Shown here piece by piece: positions 48,851 to 59,100 of a DNA stretch of 64,000 nt (position 1 is its first letter; every line of letters begins with the position of its first letter). Under the pieces are notes generated by a model, which did not search any database, had not been told where the DNA came from, and saw nothing but the letters and a program-made list of their open reading frames with translations. The DNA is from an uncultured delta proteobacterium (lineage in GTDB: Bacteria > Desulfobacterota > Binatia > UBA9968): the NCBI GenBank assembly GCA_963840855.1, contig CAWJBB010000061.1, positions 32,001-96,000 on the forward strand. The letters run 5' to 3'. A program made the translations under genes and the position numbers.

Positions 48851-49810
48851 TTAAGCCGCTACCCTATCGCGCCACTGGGCGGCCAGGGCCTCCCTTTCAC
48901 CGGCAGCTAGATGATTCAGCGCCTGGGCAACGATATCGACGCCAACCATCTCGCTCCACGCCTGGATGAGCCGCTTGGTGACCGGTCCTGGTATAGCCGC
49001 GCCGGGTCTCACGCCGCCGATGCTTTGCACCGGAACGATTGTGGGGCTGGTGCTGGCAAGAAAGGCTTCTTCCGCGTTGTAGGCGTCATAGGGCGTGAAG
49101 TTGCCGTCCATAACTTCGATACCGAGCTTCGCCGCCAGAGAGAATATTGCGTCTTTGGTAATACCGTCCAAGACGTTTTTATTCGACGGCGTGCAAAGCT
49201 TGCCGCCCATCACCAAAAAGAAATTATGGGCGTTGGACTCGCTGATGTTGCCGTCGAGATCGAGCATCAGCGGAATGGCGTGGGGATCTACCTGCTTGGC
49301 TTCGAAGATCGCCATGTTGTGATTCATTTTGTTGGTGATCTTCGCCTTGGGCTCCAAACATTGCGGCGGTATTCTTCGCGTCGAAGGAATAACCAGATTC
49401 ACGCCCTCGACGTAGTAGCGGGCGAATTCCTGGAACCCGATAACGACGCAGTAGACGGTCACCGTGGCATTGCCCGTGGTGCGATTGCCCCGCGACGAGC
49501 GCAGGCCGCGGCTCACCACTTGCCACAGCGCCACATCATCGTCTGTTTCCAGGAGAGGTCTATTGCGCGCCAAGACCTCCAGCGTGATCTTTTCGATTTC
49601 CTCCGGCGCGAAACCGCAATCGATCCGCGTATAACGGAGTGAGCGAAATAGCCGCTCGGTATGTTCACGCAGGCGAAACGGCTTGTGCCCAAAGGTGCGA
49701 GTGACATCGTAAACACCGTCCCCGGCGTTAAAGCCGGTGTCAAGCACCGATACCTTGGCTTCACTTTCCGGCACGAATGAACCATTTAAAAAGACGATCA
49801 TCTCACCCAT
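48851..49810 (-). CDS. Class IV PLP-dependent aminotransferase (IlvE/D-amino acid type)
   Basis: SVLD.GF..GDGVYD, FRLREH.ERL, P.AKITN, LDGIT and AEEAFL.ST. GGAGGAG SD. Confidence 0.92.
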   Translation of the reverse strand: MGEMIVFLNGSFVPESEAKVSVLDTGFNAGDGVYDVTRTFGHKPFRLREHTERLFRSLRYTRIDCGFAPEEIEKITLEVLARNRPLLETDDDVALWQVVSRGLRSSRGNRTTGNATVTVYCVVIGFQEFARYYVEGVNLVIPSTRRIPPQCLEPKAKITNKMNHNMAIFEAKQVDPHAIPLMLDLDGNISESNAHNFFLVMGGKLCTPSNKNVLDGITKDAIFSLAAKLGIEVMDGNFTPYDAYNAEEAFLASTSPTIVPVQSIGGVRPGAAIPGPVTKRLIQAWSEMVGVDIVAQALNHLAAGEREALAAQWRDRVAA

Positions 49811-50034
49811 GTTTGCTCCTCCAGTAAGGCCCAATCGGACGACACGCTTCTGCGCTTATACAACACTTATCGAACGCGTGTTGAGGCTGTCAATAAACGA
49901 AGCCACTTCGCGGGCGGAGTTTTGTTCCCGCCCTTGACCAAAGGGGATGCTCGCCCCCTTTGAAACCCCATAAATCTCGTTCCCGCCTCAAGAGGCGGGG
50001 TTTATATAGAACAATCTACGGCCACAAAGGAAAA

Positions 50035-51465
50035 TCAAAGCCGGATGGTGGTACGTCGCTCTTCGGCGCGCCGGCCACCGACGACCGAAGTAGCGAGCCC
50101 CACGAGGCTCAAGGCCGCGGCCGCGAAAAATGTCGTATTCAGCGCGGCCACGAAGCCGGCCGGATTCGCCGTCGTAATCGCAGCCGTAGCGACGCTGGTG
50201 TAACGCTCGAAGGCCAGTGACATGGAAAGGCCGCCCAGCGCGACGCCTAAAACGTTGCCCAGACCAAACGTCACATGGTTGACCGAGGAGGCAAAGCCGC
50301 GATGTTCTGTCGGCATCATGCTGATCATGGCCGTTGAATTGGCCGGATTGAAAATGCCGTTGGTAATTGCCCCGGCGATGATCAGCAGCACCGGTAACAC
50401 CCAATGTGAGTCCGGCCGCAACAAGACACCCGCTCCGAGCGATAGGACCATGAACCCGACGCCAAGACTCGCGGGGAGCCGCGGTCCTAACCGGTCTGCG
50501 AGATAGCCGCTTAGTGGCGCCAATGCCACGGTGAGAATCGACGGCAGCATGAACAGGATACCGACCTGGGTCGGAGACAATCCCAAAATGTCTTGCAGGT
50601 AAAACGGCATCAGAAATCCGGTCAAGGTGTAACAGCTGGCGACGATCAGCAAGCTCACGACACTCATGCTGAAACGGCGTATTTTGAACAGATCGAGATT
50701 CACAAACGGGAATTTAGCTCTAGACTCATGGAGGAGAAAACCAACCAGACTGGCAAACAACAACAGCGCGAACCCCATTTGCAGGGACGGATCGATGACC
50801 TGCTGGGCGCGACGGTCGAGCATTACAACCAGGCTAGTCGTAATCGCGAAGAGCAGCGCCGCGCCGAGATAATCGATGGACACGGGGTGACGCTGAGACG
50901 AGGTCCCGCGCCTCTTTAGATTCGCCACCGCCAGGGCCATACCACAAAAGCCGATCGGCACGAGAAAGAAAAAACTCCAACGCCAACTTAAGTAATCAAT
51001 CGTGAAACCGCCGATACTCGGCCCAAGCACGAAACCGACATGGTGCGCCGTGGTCATATAGCCTTGGGCACGCCCGGCGAGGTCTTCGGGCACCGACTCC
51101 GCCGCCAGTGCCCGGCTTGAAGACTGTAACATCGACGCGCCGACACCCTGAACTACGCGCGCCCAGATAAGCTGGAGGACAGTCTGCGAAAGTCCGCAAA
51201 GCAAAGAACTAACGGAAAAGACCAGGAACCCCAGAGCGAACATCTTTTCCCGCCCCCAAAGATCGGAGATGCGGCCAAAAATCATCGACAGGCCGATGTT
51301 CGCAAGCTGATATGATAGCAGCGCCCAGGAAACTCCCAAAAGATCGGTTCCCAAGCTCTGCGCCACCGTGGGCATCGAAATGCTGACGATGCGGGTCGCC
51401 GTGCCGGAAAAAAAAGTCGCAAGAAGAGCCGTCGAAAGAAGCAAATAGTTGACGCGGGAAGCCAC
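50035..51465 (-). CDS. MFS transporter (DHA2, EmrB/QacA-like)
   Basis: FGRISDLWGRE, ARVVQGVG, GPSIGG..SWRWSFF and ID.LGA, with about 14 hydrophobic segments. Confidence 0.92.
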   Translation of the reverse strand: MASRVNYLLLSTALLATFFSGTATRIVSISMPTVAQSLGTDLLGVSWALLSYQLANIGLSMIFGRISDLWGREKMFALGFLVFSVSSLLCGLSQTVLQLIWARVVQGVGASMLQSSSRALAAESVPEDLAGRAQGYMTTAHHVGFVLGPSIGGFTIDYLSWRWSFFFLVPIGFCGMALAVANLKRRGTSSQRHPVSIDYLGAALLFAITTSLVVMLDRRAQQVIDPSLQMGFALLLFASLVGFLLHESRAKFPFVNLDLFKIRRFSMSVVSLLIVASCYTLTGFLMPFYLQDILGLSPTQVGILFMLPSILTVALAPLSGYLADRLGPRLPASLGVGFMVLSLGAGVLLRPDSHWVLPVLLIIAGAITNGIFNPANSTAMISMMPTEHRGFASSVNHVTFGLGNVLGVALGGLSMSLAFERYTSVATAAITTANPAGFVAALNTTFFAAAALSLVGLATSVVGGRRAEERRTTIRL

Positions 51466-51562
51466 TCAGCAGTCGTTCGCTTTCAAGAGGTTTCTCCATT
51501 CAATAGCGCCGATCGTCCGGCGCGGCAAATCATCACTAAAAAGATTGTCTGGAAAAACCGGC

Positions 51563-51591
51563 TTGACACATCGAACAACCAGGCGGTAAAT
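51563..51591 (+). promoter_or_regulatory. Possible sigma-70 promoter for the grdE/grdB-like pair
   Basis: TTGACA-N17-GTAAAT. Confidence 0.4.
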
Positions 51592-51628
51592 GGGAAGCGA
51601 TTATTCTTTTGCAGAAGAGGAGCAGCGA

Positions 51629-52915
51629 GTGGAACTAGAGATTCTCGATTACCGCATCGAACAGATTGCCTGGAGCGATCGAACCTGGCTCAACGGCACG
51701 TCTCTCACCGTCCATCTCCCTAGCCTGCAAGAACAAATCAAGCACCTCTGCCCCGCCATCAGGATCGATTACGAGATCGCTCGTCCTGGGGAATCCAAGC
51801 GCATCGTTCATGTTCTTGACACGGTGCTACCCATTGCGAAAGTAAATGGCGCGGGCGCGGCCTTCCCAGGATTTGACGGGCCGGCGGAGCTTGTCGGGAC
51901 GGGCCAAACAACGCGCATCGGCAATCTGCTCGTAACCATCACGGGGCGGTTTCCGCACCCAGAGTCGTTGACGCCTATAGAAACGCCACGTGAGGGAATT
52001 CTCGATATGACGGGCGTCGGCGCCGACTATTGTCACGGATCGGATCACTTTCATCTCATCTTGTCCCTGACGCCCGACCCCAACGTTTCCAACGTTGCCT
52101 TCGACCAAGCTCTGAGAAGTATCGCGCTCCGATGCGCGCGCTATCTGGCGCAGGTGGAAAAAACCGGTGGCGCGCCGGAACGGCGGACCATCGCATTGGC
52201 GCCAGTGGACAAAAAGCTGCCAAAAGTAGTCTTGATCTATCAGGTTCAAAGCCAGGTGATTGGGGCGCGGACTTTCTATTACGGCGAAGAGGTTTCGAAG
52301 ACGCTACCGACGTTCGTTCATCCGGCGGAATTCTTCGACGGCGCGGTGGTGAGTGGAAACTACAAAATAGAGCGCAAAATACCCACGTCGCTGCACTGCT
52401 CGAATCCGTATATTTTGGAACTGCTTGAGCGCCACGGGCAATCGCTTAACTTCCTCGGCGTCATTCTCTCGCGCGGCTACAACGACAGCTTTGAGCAGAA
52501 AAAAAAGATGGGACTATGGGTTGCGCGTTTGGCGCAGAATCTCGGCGCCGATGGCGCCGTCGCCTTCATGGAGGGCACCGGCAACGGCACCGTGGACTTC
52601 ATGCAGACGGTAAAAGCCTGCGAAGACCAGGGCATCAAAACCGTGGCCGTGCTGCATGAATCCAACGGTCCCAAGGGCTACGAGCGGCCCCTCGTGGATC
52701 ACCCCAAGGAGGCCGACAGCATGATCAGCCGCGGCAATGTTTCGGAAAAAATCTATATTCCCCCGCTCGCCGCCGTGATCGGTGGCACCGAAATTGATCT
52801 CCACTTTAAGGCGAAGCATGATGCGCGCCTGCCGTTTCTCTTCGATCCCACGATCTTTTACGGCTCTTACAGCAAAATGGGCGACAGCGGATTTCGGGCG
52901 GTGTACGAACAGTAA
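51629..52915 (+). CDS. Glycine/sarcosine/betaine reductase component B proprotein-like subunit (GrdE/GrdG/GrdI family)
   Basis: IARPGES.RI....D, EGILDMTG.GA.Y, LPKV..IYQ, PT..HP.E..DGAVVSGN, HG..LNFLGVI, LGADG and CE..GIKTV. GTG start after GAGGAG. Confidence 0.88.
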   Translation: MELEILDYRIEQIAWSDRTWLNGTSLTVHLPSLQEQIKHLCPAIRIDYEIARPGESKRIVHVLDTVLPIAKVNGAGAAFPGFDGPAELVGTGQTTRIGNLLVTITGRFPHPESLTPIETPREGILDMTGVGADYCHGSDHFHLILSLTPDPNVSNVAFDQALRSIALRCARYLAQVEKTGGAPERRTIALAPVDKKLPKVVLIYQVQSQVIGARTFYYGEEVSKTLPTFVHPAEFFDGAVVSGNYKIERKIPTSLHCSNPYILELLERHGQSLNFLGVILSRGYNDSFEQKKKMGLWVARLAQNLGADGAVAFMEGTGNGTVDFMQTVKACEDQGIKTVAVLHESNGPKGYERPLVDHPKEADSMISRGNVSEKIYIPPLAAVIGGTEIDLHFKAKHDARLPFLFDPTIFYGSYSKMGDSGFRAVYEQ

Positions 52916-52927
52916 GGAGATCGCGCC

Positions 52928-54232
52928 ATGGCCAAAGTGCTCCACTACATAAATCAATTCTTCGCGGGCATCGGCGGTGAAGACAAAGCCGGGCAGGAGG
53001 TCGTTTTCATTCCAGGCGCTGTTGGCGCAGGAAGCGTCGTTCACGCTGCTTTGAAGCAACAGCCTATCGAGTACGCGACCATAGTTTGCGGGGACAACTA
53101 CTTTCACGAGGAAGAAACCACAGCCCTCGCAGCGATTCATGACATCGTTGACAAATTCAATCCGGACGTCTTTCTCGCGGGCCCGGCATTCAACGCCGGC
53201 CGATATGGCCTTGCATGCGCCAAAGTATGCAGCTGGGTGCGCGACAACCGGCGTATACCGGCGATCACCGCCATGCACAAAGATAATCCTGGAACGAGAG
53301 AGATCGGCCGGCATGTCTTCGTGATTCAAACCGGCGGCTCCGCCGCGGCGATGCAAGAATGCTTGAAACGCTACGCACAGCTGATCGAAAAGTTGTTAAC
53401 GGGTGAACAGGCGGCGGCAGAAAACTTTCGGGCCGAGTATTGCTTGGCCATTCCGAGGCGCTTCACCGCGAGGTCTGGCCGTCCGGATTACGTTCGATCT
53501 GTGGATATGCTGCTGGCAAAACTCAACCACAAGCCCTACGAAAGCGAGATCCCTCGCTTCGAAACCGAGCAACATGCGATTCCTAATTTAACCGTTAGCT
53601 TGGCGGAGGCCACCCTCGCGCTGGTCACCGAAGGGGGCTTAGTGCCGAAGGGCAATCCCGACCGTTTGGAAAGCACGCGCGGCTCCAAATATTTGAAATA
53701 CTCGATCCTTGGACGCGACGATTTAAAGCGCGGCGATTTCGAAGCCATGCACACAGGGTACGACACCGCCACCGTCGACCAGGACCCCGACAGAATCGTT
53801 CCCCTGGACGCAATGCGCGGCTTAGAGAAGTCCCAAAGATTCAAGAAGCTCCACGATTACTATTTCGTCACCACTGGAACCGGCGCCATGCCGAGCAAAA
53901 TGGCAGATCTCGGCAAGGGCATCGCCGACGAGCTTGCCGGCGCCGGCGTGAACGCAGTAATTTTGACCGCCACCTGAGGAACCGGTACTCGTAGCGGCGC
54001 TACGATCGGAAGACAAATCGAATTGAAAGGCATTCCCGTCGTTCTCATCACCTGCCTCTCCAACGTCGCGTCGCAAGTGGGAATCGGAAGAATTCTCGGC
54101 GGCAACAAGTTTCACTATCCCGTCGGACAACCAGACTTGCCGCCTGAGGAAGAGCTTCGCTGGCGCGCCACCCTGCTTGAAGAAGCGCTTAAAGCGCTGG
54201 AAACACCGATCCAGGAACCGAAGATCTTCTGA
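52928..54232 (+). CDS. Glycine/sarcosine/betaine reductase selenoprotein B-like (GrdB/F/H family), 434 aa, with UGA350 read as selenocysteine
   Basis: NQFFAGIGGEDKA, CGDNYF, AGPAFNAGRYG.AC and GG.VP.GNPD. The in-frame TGA at 53975-77 (ILTAT-U-GTGTRSGAT) continues in frame into ORF 54023..54232 (GIPVV...HYPVGQP). Confidence 0.9.
53982..54009 (+). promoter_or_regulatory. Bacterial SECIS-like hairpin
   Basis: TCGTAGC-GGC-GCTACGA upper stem with a G-first loop 18 nt after the UGA, and a lower CCGG/TCGG stem. Confidence 0.8.
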
Positions 54233-54256
54233 GAGAACCCGAGATGGCGTAATGTT

Positions 54257-54386
54257 GGCAGGCTGGTCAAAAGGCCTCAGATGCGAGGCGCGCGATAGAT
54301 CGACGAGCGGAGGCGTACATTGCCAGTACGTCGCAGCGAGGAGATTGAGCGCAACGAAGCAGGTGAGGTCTTTTGGCCAGCCTGCC
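54257..54386. mobile_element. 130-nt MITE/REP-like element with long terminal inverted repeats
   Basis: GGCAGGCTGGTCAAAAGGCCTCA ... TGAGGTCTTTTGGCCAGCCTGCC, non-coding, between convergent genes. Confidence 0.6.
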
Positions 54387-54697
54387 TAACGCCAGTCGGA
54401 GTCCGCGGGGACGATATTCTTTCCAAAGCGGCGCTCCGGTGGAGCAGCTAACCACGGCTGGGTCTTTTCAAAGTAGAGCTTGAAATGGGGCGTCTGCCGG
54501 TGCGCCTCCAGTGCCGCCTCGTCGCGATAAATTTCGTAGAAATAGAAACGGTTGGAGTCGTCACGATCCCGAATCACGTCGAAACGCAAACATCCGGGCT
54601 CGTCTTTCTCCGAATGCTCCGCGTCGTAGCGCACCACTTCCAAAAACTCCGCGACATGCTCAGGCTTGACCTGGATCGTTACGTGAAGAATTACCAT
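54386..54697 (-). CDS. ABM-domain protein (putative quinol monooxygenase / LsrG-like)
   Basis: VKPEH..EF, EPGCLRFDV and YEIYRDEAALEAH.QTPHF. Confidence 0.9.
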   Translation of the reverse strand: MVILHVTIQVKPEHVAEFLEVVRYDAEHSEKDEPGCLRFDVIRDRDDSNRFYFYEIYRDEAALEAHRQTPHFKLYFEKTQPWLAAPPERRFGKNIVPADSDWR

Positions 54698-54796
54698 GGG
54701 ACACCTCCTCGCTGGGAAAATTATCCGTGAAACTTAGGCAGTACAATCCTTTGACCGCGAATTGCCGTCAAACTTCGCCGTCGATGTTGCATTTAA

Positions 54797-56035
54797 CTAC
54801 ATTGGCAGCGTGAACAACTGCTGGTCTGGCTTGATCAGGTGCTCGTGCCCCGTCTCCGTTACCGCGCAGGTGTATTCGACCTGCACCGATCCCCAGCCCA
54901 TGACCTGACTGGAAGCTTCCAGGTTGACGGTCATGCCGGGTTCCATCGGAACGTTAGACGTGTTTGGCAGAAATGGATCGTCCACCTCTTCCGCCGGGCC
55001 GAACAAGAATGGAAATTCTCGCGCCTCGAGACCGATAGTGTGGCCAACGAAAAAATTTGAATAGTCCGGCAGCCCCGCTGCGCGCACGCCGGCAACCATA
55101 GTTTCAAACAGCTCTTGCGGACGCGCGCCGGGTTTTAAGCTCTCGACCGACTTGAGCACGCCCGCCTGAACGGCGCTATAGCGTTTGCGATGCGCATCGG
55201 TGGGTTCTGCTCCGACGCTGCCGGACTTGCAAACGTCGGCGTGATAGCCATTGAGGGAGCAACCCATGTCGACGCGGAAGATATCGCCTTTCTGTAAAAC
55301 GTTTTCTTTGATCACGGGGGAGTTGCCGCCGCGACTGATGTTCATATGCATCCAGTAAACCTGCCCGCCGGCCCTTGCCACTTCGCCTTTGTAGATACCG
55401 GCCAGCTCGCTTTCTTTAACCCCCGGTTTCGCGGCCCGCAGCATCGCATTGATCGCTTGTTCGTTGAGCGCGGCCGACTCTCTCAACCGCTGAATTTCAG
55501 CAGGTGTCTTGATCATGCGCACGTAGCGGAAGAAGCTCGACGCCGGCAACAGCTTGGCATCGGGTAAATACGATCCGATCTTTTGATAAATCGTGAGCGG
55601 AATACCGAAATGATCCATGCCGATCCGGCTCCGTCCCATGCCCTTGTCCGTAATCAACTGCGCGAGAGCTCTTTCGGGGGTCGGGCCTTTCGGCTCGCCT
55701 TCTGCTAGTTCGAGGGTGCGTTTCTCCTCATTGCACAGTTTGTTTGGATCGGGAACAAGATGCTTGCGTGAGCGCCCGTAGGTGTAAACTTCTTTGAGCC
55801 AAACCTGGTCGAGCGCCGCATATGCGACATCGCCGCTGGGAATCAGCAATGCGGGCGATTGCGCCGGGTCGCGCGAATAGACCACATAAACCTGTGACCC
55901 GCCGTAGCGATAACCGTTTTGGCTCCACGAGGCATGGCCGCTCAAGTAGTAGATATTCTCCGGCGTGGCGGCGACGACACCGGCCAGGTCATGCTTATCC
56001 ATAAGCGCAAGCAAACGATCGCGATTGTAAAGCAT
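54797..56035 (-). CDS. Xaa-Pro peptidase family (M24) protein
   Basis: PENIYYLSG, RMIKTPAEI, D.G....GYHAD, GHTIGL and EPGMTVNLE. Confidence 0.9.
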   Translation of the reverse strand: MLYNRDRLLALMDKHDLAGVVAATPENIYYLSGHASWSQNGYRYGGSQVYVVYSRDPAQSPALLIPSGDVAYAALDQVWLKEVYTYGRSRKHLVPDPNKLCNEEKRTLELAEGEPKGPTPERALAQLITDKGMGRSRIGMDHFGIPLTIYQKIGSYLPDAKLLPASSFFRYVRMIKTPAEIQRLRESAALNEQAINAMLRAAKPGVKESELAGIYKGEVARAGGQVYWMHMNISRGGNSPVIKENVLQKGDIFRVDMGCSLNGYHADVCKSGSVGAEPTDAHRKRYSAVQAGVLKSVESLKPGARPQELFETMVAGVRAAGLPDYSNFFVGHTIGLEAREFPFLFGPAEEVDDPFLPNTSNVPMEPGMTVNLEASSQVMGWGSVQVEYTCAVTETGHEHLIKPDQQLFTLPM

Positions 56036-56174
56036 GAGAAAGTACCTCCCACCTAAATTCTAGTTTGATTCTAACCTGTTTATCACGGTGATGCGGGATC
56101 TTCAGACTCCGCTTTCGGATTGCCGAATGGGAATGCAGTCAAGTTTCCGCGACCCAGCAACTTTAAGTCCAACG

Positions 56175-58001
56175 CTAAGATCTTAGCAAACGGACAATCT
56201 GATCGATGCAGGCTTCTGGTTTGGCCTCTAACGTCCTGAGGTGAATTTCGGGCGCGTGCGGCGGCTCGTAGTCGCTGTCGATGCCCGTGAAGTTTTTCAG
56301 TTCGCCACGCCGCGCCTTGGCATACAGCCCTTTCACATCGCGGCGCTCACACTCCTCCAGCGGCGTATCCACGAAGACTTCGATGAACTCACCGGCATCA
56401 AACAGGCCGCGAGCCAATTCGCGCTCCGCTCGAAACGGTGAAATAAAGGCCACGATCACGATCAATCCCGCATCCACCAAGAGTTTCGCGACCTCGGACA
56501 CTCGGCGAATGTTCTCCACGCGGTCCGCCTCGGTGAATCCTAAATCCCGATTGAGCCCGTGGCGAACGTTATCGCCATCCAAGATATACGTGTGCCTGCC
56601 GTCTGCATGCAAACGCTTTTCCAAGAGATTCGCAATCGTCGACTTACCCGAACCCGAGAGCCCGGTAAACCACAGGCAACACGCCTGCTGATGCTTCATG
56701 TCGGCCCGGGCGGCTTTGCTTACCTCTAACGCTTGCCAGTGTACGTTCACGGATCGACGCAGCGCAAAATGGATTATGCCGGCGCCAACGGTTTCGTTGG
56801 TCAGCTTGTCGATGACAATGAACGCGCCCAGCCTCTTATTCTCGCGATAAGGCGCAAATGGCACGGCTCTATCGAAACTCACATTAACCGTAGCGATTTC
56901 GTTCAAGCCTAGCGTTTTGGCGGCGAGATGGGCGCCGGTGTTGACGTCTAGCCGGTGCTTGATGTGGGTGATGTTCACAGTCGCAGACTTGGTGTGGATC
57001 AGCGCAGCATAGGGGCGCCCAGGCAGCAAGGCGTGCTCGCTCATCCAGAACAGATCCGCCTCGAACTGATCAGCCGATTCAACCGGATGCGAGGCGGTTG
57101 CAATGACATCCCCCCGGCTCGCGTCGACTTCATCTTCAAGGACCAGTGTAACCGACCACCCGGCGGCCGCTTCGGCCGCGTGACCACTCCCGACTACGAT
57201 CTTCTTGACACGACTAACCACCCCCGAGGGGCTGATCCGCACACTGTCGCCGGGCCTGACCGAGCCGCTGCCGATACGCCCGGAAAATCCTCGAAAGTCT
57301 AGGTTAGGTCTGTTGACCCACTGCACCGGCATGGCAAAGGGATTTGCCGCCTCGCGGTCTTCGGCAGGGACGGTCTCGAGCCACTGCAAGAGACTCTGCC
57401 CCTCATACCAAGGCATCGCGGCATAACCCGGATCAACGATATTGTGACCTTCGAGCGCGGACAAAGGAATCGCCGCGATCGTCTCAAAGCCAAGATCCTG
57501 GGCAAAGCGACGATAGGCAAGCTCGATCTCGTCAAATACCGATTGCGACCAGCCCACAAGGTCCATCTTGTTGACGGTGAGTGCCACATGGCGGATGCCG
57601 AGCATCGAGACAATGCGGCTGTGGCGTTTGGTCTGGGTGAGCACTCCCTTACGAGCGTCGATCAGCAAGACAGCCGCCTGAGCAGTCGACGCGCCAGTCG
57701 CCATATTGCGGGTATACTGCTCATGGCCCGGGGTATCGGCCACGATGAAGCGTCGCATGGGAGTGGCGAAGAAGCGGTAGGCAACATCGATCGTAATGCC
57801 TTGCTCTCGTTCGGCCTGCAATCCGTCAACCAGCAGCGCAAAGTCCAGACGCTCGCCCTGGGTGCCGAATTTCTTGGAATCCGCCTTGAGCGCTTCCAGT
57901 TGATCCTCAAAGATCAGCTTAGTCTCGTAGAGCAAGCGGCCAATCAAAGTCGACTTGCCGTCATCGACGCTGCCGCAGGTTATGAATCGCAGGGTATCCA
58001 T
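56175..58001 (-). CDS. cysNC: Bifunctional sulfate adenylyltransferase subunit 1 / adenylyl-sulfate kinase (NodQ-like)
   Basis: [28 protein letters not shown] and [13 protein letters not shown]-terminal [22 protein letters not shown] and FISPF. Confidence 0.96.
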   Translation of the reverse strand: MDTLRFITCGSVDDGKSTLIGRLLYETKLIFEDQLEALKADSKKFGTQGERLDFALLVDGLQAEREQGITIDVAYRFFATPMRRFIVADTPGHEQYTRNMATGASTAQAAVLLIDARKGVLTQTKRHSRIVSMLGIRHVALTVNKMDLVGWSQSVFDEIELAYRRFAQDLGFETIAAIPLSALEGHNIVDPGYAAMPWYEGQSLLQWLETVPAEDREAANPFAMPVQWVNRPNLDFRGFSGRIGSGSVRPGDSVRISPSGVVSRVKKIVVGSGHAAEAAAGWSVTLVLEDEVDASRGDVIATASHPVESADQFEADLFWMSEHALLPGRPYAALIHTKSATVNITHIKHRLDVNTGAHLAAKTLGLNEIATVNVSFDRAVPFAPYRENKRLGAFIVIDKLTNETVGAGIIHFALRRSVNVHWQALEVSKAARADMKHQQACCLWFTGLSGSGKSTIANLLEKRLHADGRHTYILDGDNVRHGLNRDLGFTEADRVENIRRVSEVAKLLVDAGLIVIVAFISPFRAERELARGLFDAGEFIEVFVDTPLEECERRDVKGLYAKARRGELKNFTGIDSDYEPPHAPEIHLRTLEAKPEACIDQIVRLLRS

Positions 58002-58900
58002 TAAAAATACCCTTCCTGCTTCTTGCGTTCCATGGAACCGGCGCCGTCGTGGTCGATGACGCGTCCCTGTCGCTCCGAGGTTGTCGCCCCCAAGGTTTCG
58101 GCCACGATTGCGTCGAGCGTCGTTGCGCTGCTTTCAATCGCGGCAGTCAACGGATAGCAACCAAGTGTGCGAAAACGCACCATACGCATTTCCGCTGTTT
58201 CGCCGGGCTCCAGCGGCAGCCGATCATCGTCGAGCATTATCCATTGTCCATATCGTTTAACCACCGGCCGCTTGGACGCGAAATATAGCGGAACGATCGG
58301 AATGTTCTCTTGGCGAATGTAGGCCCAGATATCGGCTTCCGTCCAGTTGGACAGCGGAAACACTCTTATCGTTTCGCCGGTATTGATTCGCGTGTTGTAA
58401 AGATTCCAAAGTTCGGGGCGCTGGGCCTTAGGATCCCAACGATGCCCGGGAGCGCGAAACGAAAAAATGCGCTCTTTGGCGCGGGATTTCTCCTCGTCGC
58501 GCCGGGCGCCGCCAAAAGCTACATCAAACCCGTAGAGATCGAGCGCTTGCTTGAGCGCCTCGGTTTTCATGACATCGGTGTGATACGCCGAACCATGGGT
58601 GATCGGCCCGATACCCTCGGCAGCGCCGCGCGGGTTGGTGTAGCTGATCAGCTCAAATCCAATTTCAGCCGCCATGCGGTCGCGGAACGCGATCATCTCC
58701 CGAAACTTCCATCCGGTATTGATGTGCATCAGAGGGAATGGGATCGGTCCGGGGTAGAACGCTTTTAGCGCCAGGCGCAACATCACCGACGAGTCTTTGC
58801 CGATCGAGTACAGCATCACCGGTTTGGCGGCGGTTGCCGCTACTTCACGAATTATCTCGATCGATTCAGACTCCAGCTCTGAAAAAATAGCGTGACCCAT
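58001..58900 (-). CDS. cysD: Sulfate adenylyltransferase subunit 2
   Basis: [36 protein letters not shown] and KKQEGYF. Confidence 0.97.
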   Translation of the reverse strand: MGHAIFSELESESIEIIREVAATAAKPVMLYSIGKDSSVMLRLALKAFYPGPIPFPLMHINTGWKFREMIAFRDRMAAEIGFELISYTNPRGAAEGIGPITHGSAYHTDVMKTEALKQALDLYGFDVAFGGARRDEEKSRAKERIFSFRAPGHRWDPKAQRPELWNLYNTRINTGETIRVFPLSNWTEADIWAYIRQENIPIVPLYFASKRPVVKRYGQWIMLDDDRLPLEPGETAEMRMVRFRTLGCYPLTAAIESSATTLDAIVAETLGATTSERQGRVIDHDGAGSMERKKQEGYF

Positions 58901-59100
58901 TTCGTTAATTTATCCCCTTATTGAATGCTTTTTCCTGTTCGCGACCATCGAAACAAACAATTTGTTATTATTGCATATCAGACACGTGCGTGAAATTCCC
59001 TTGCGGTTGCTGAAATACTCGCAGGAGCGGAGGAGAGAAATGGGGGCTGGAGAATGGGCAGTTAGAGCAATCGGCACGTGATTCTTTTTCGGCAGCCCGT

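Noticed and set aside
54797-56035. M24 protein as a creatinase feeding sarcosine to the Grd-like pair
   Set aside because: It retains D/D/H/E/E metal ligands, unlike creatinase, and is on the opposite strand. The link is unsupported.
58910-59100. Long C-terminal tail on HemD
   Set aside because: Low-plausibility sequence, better explained by an indel near 59140 with the stop at 59101.
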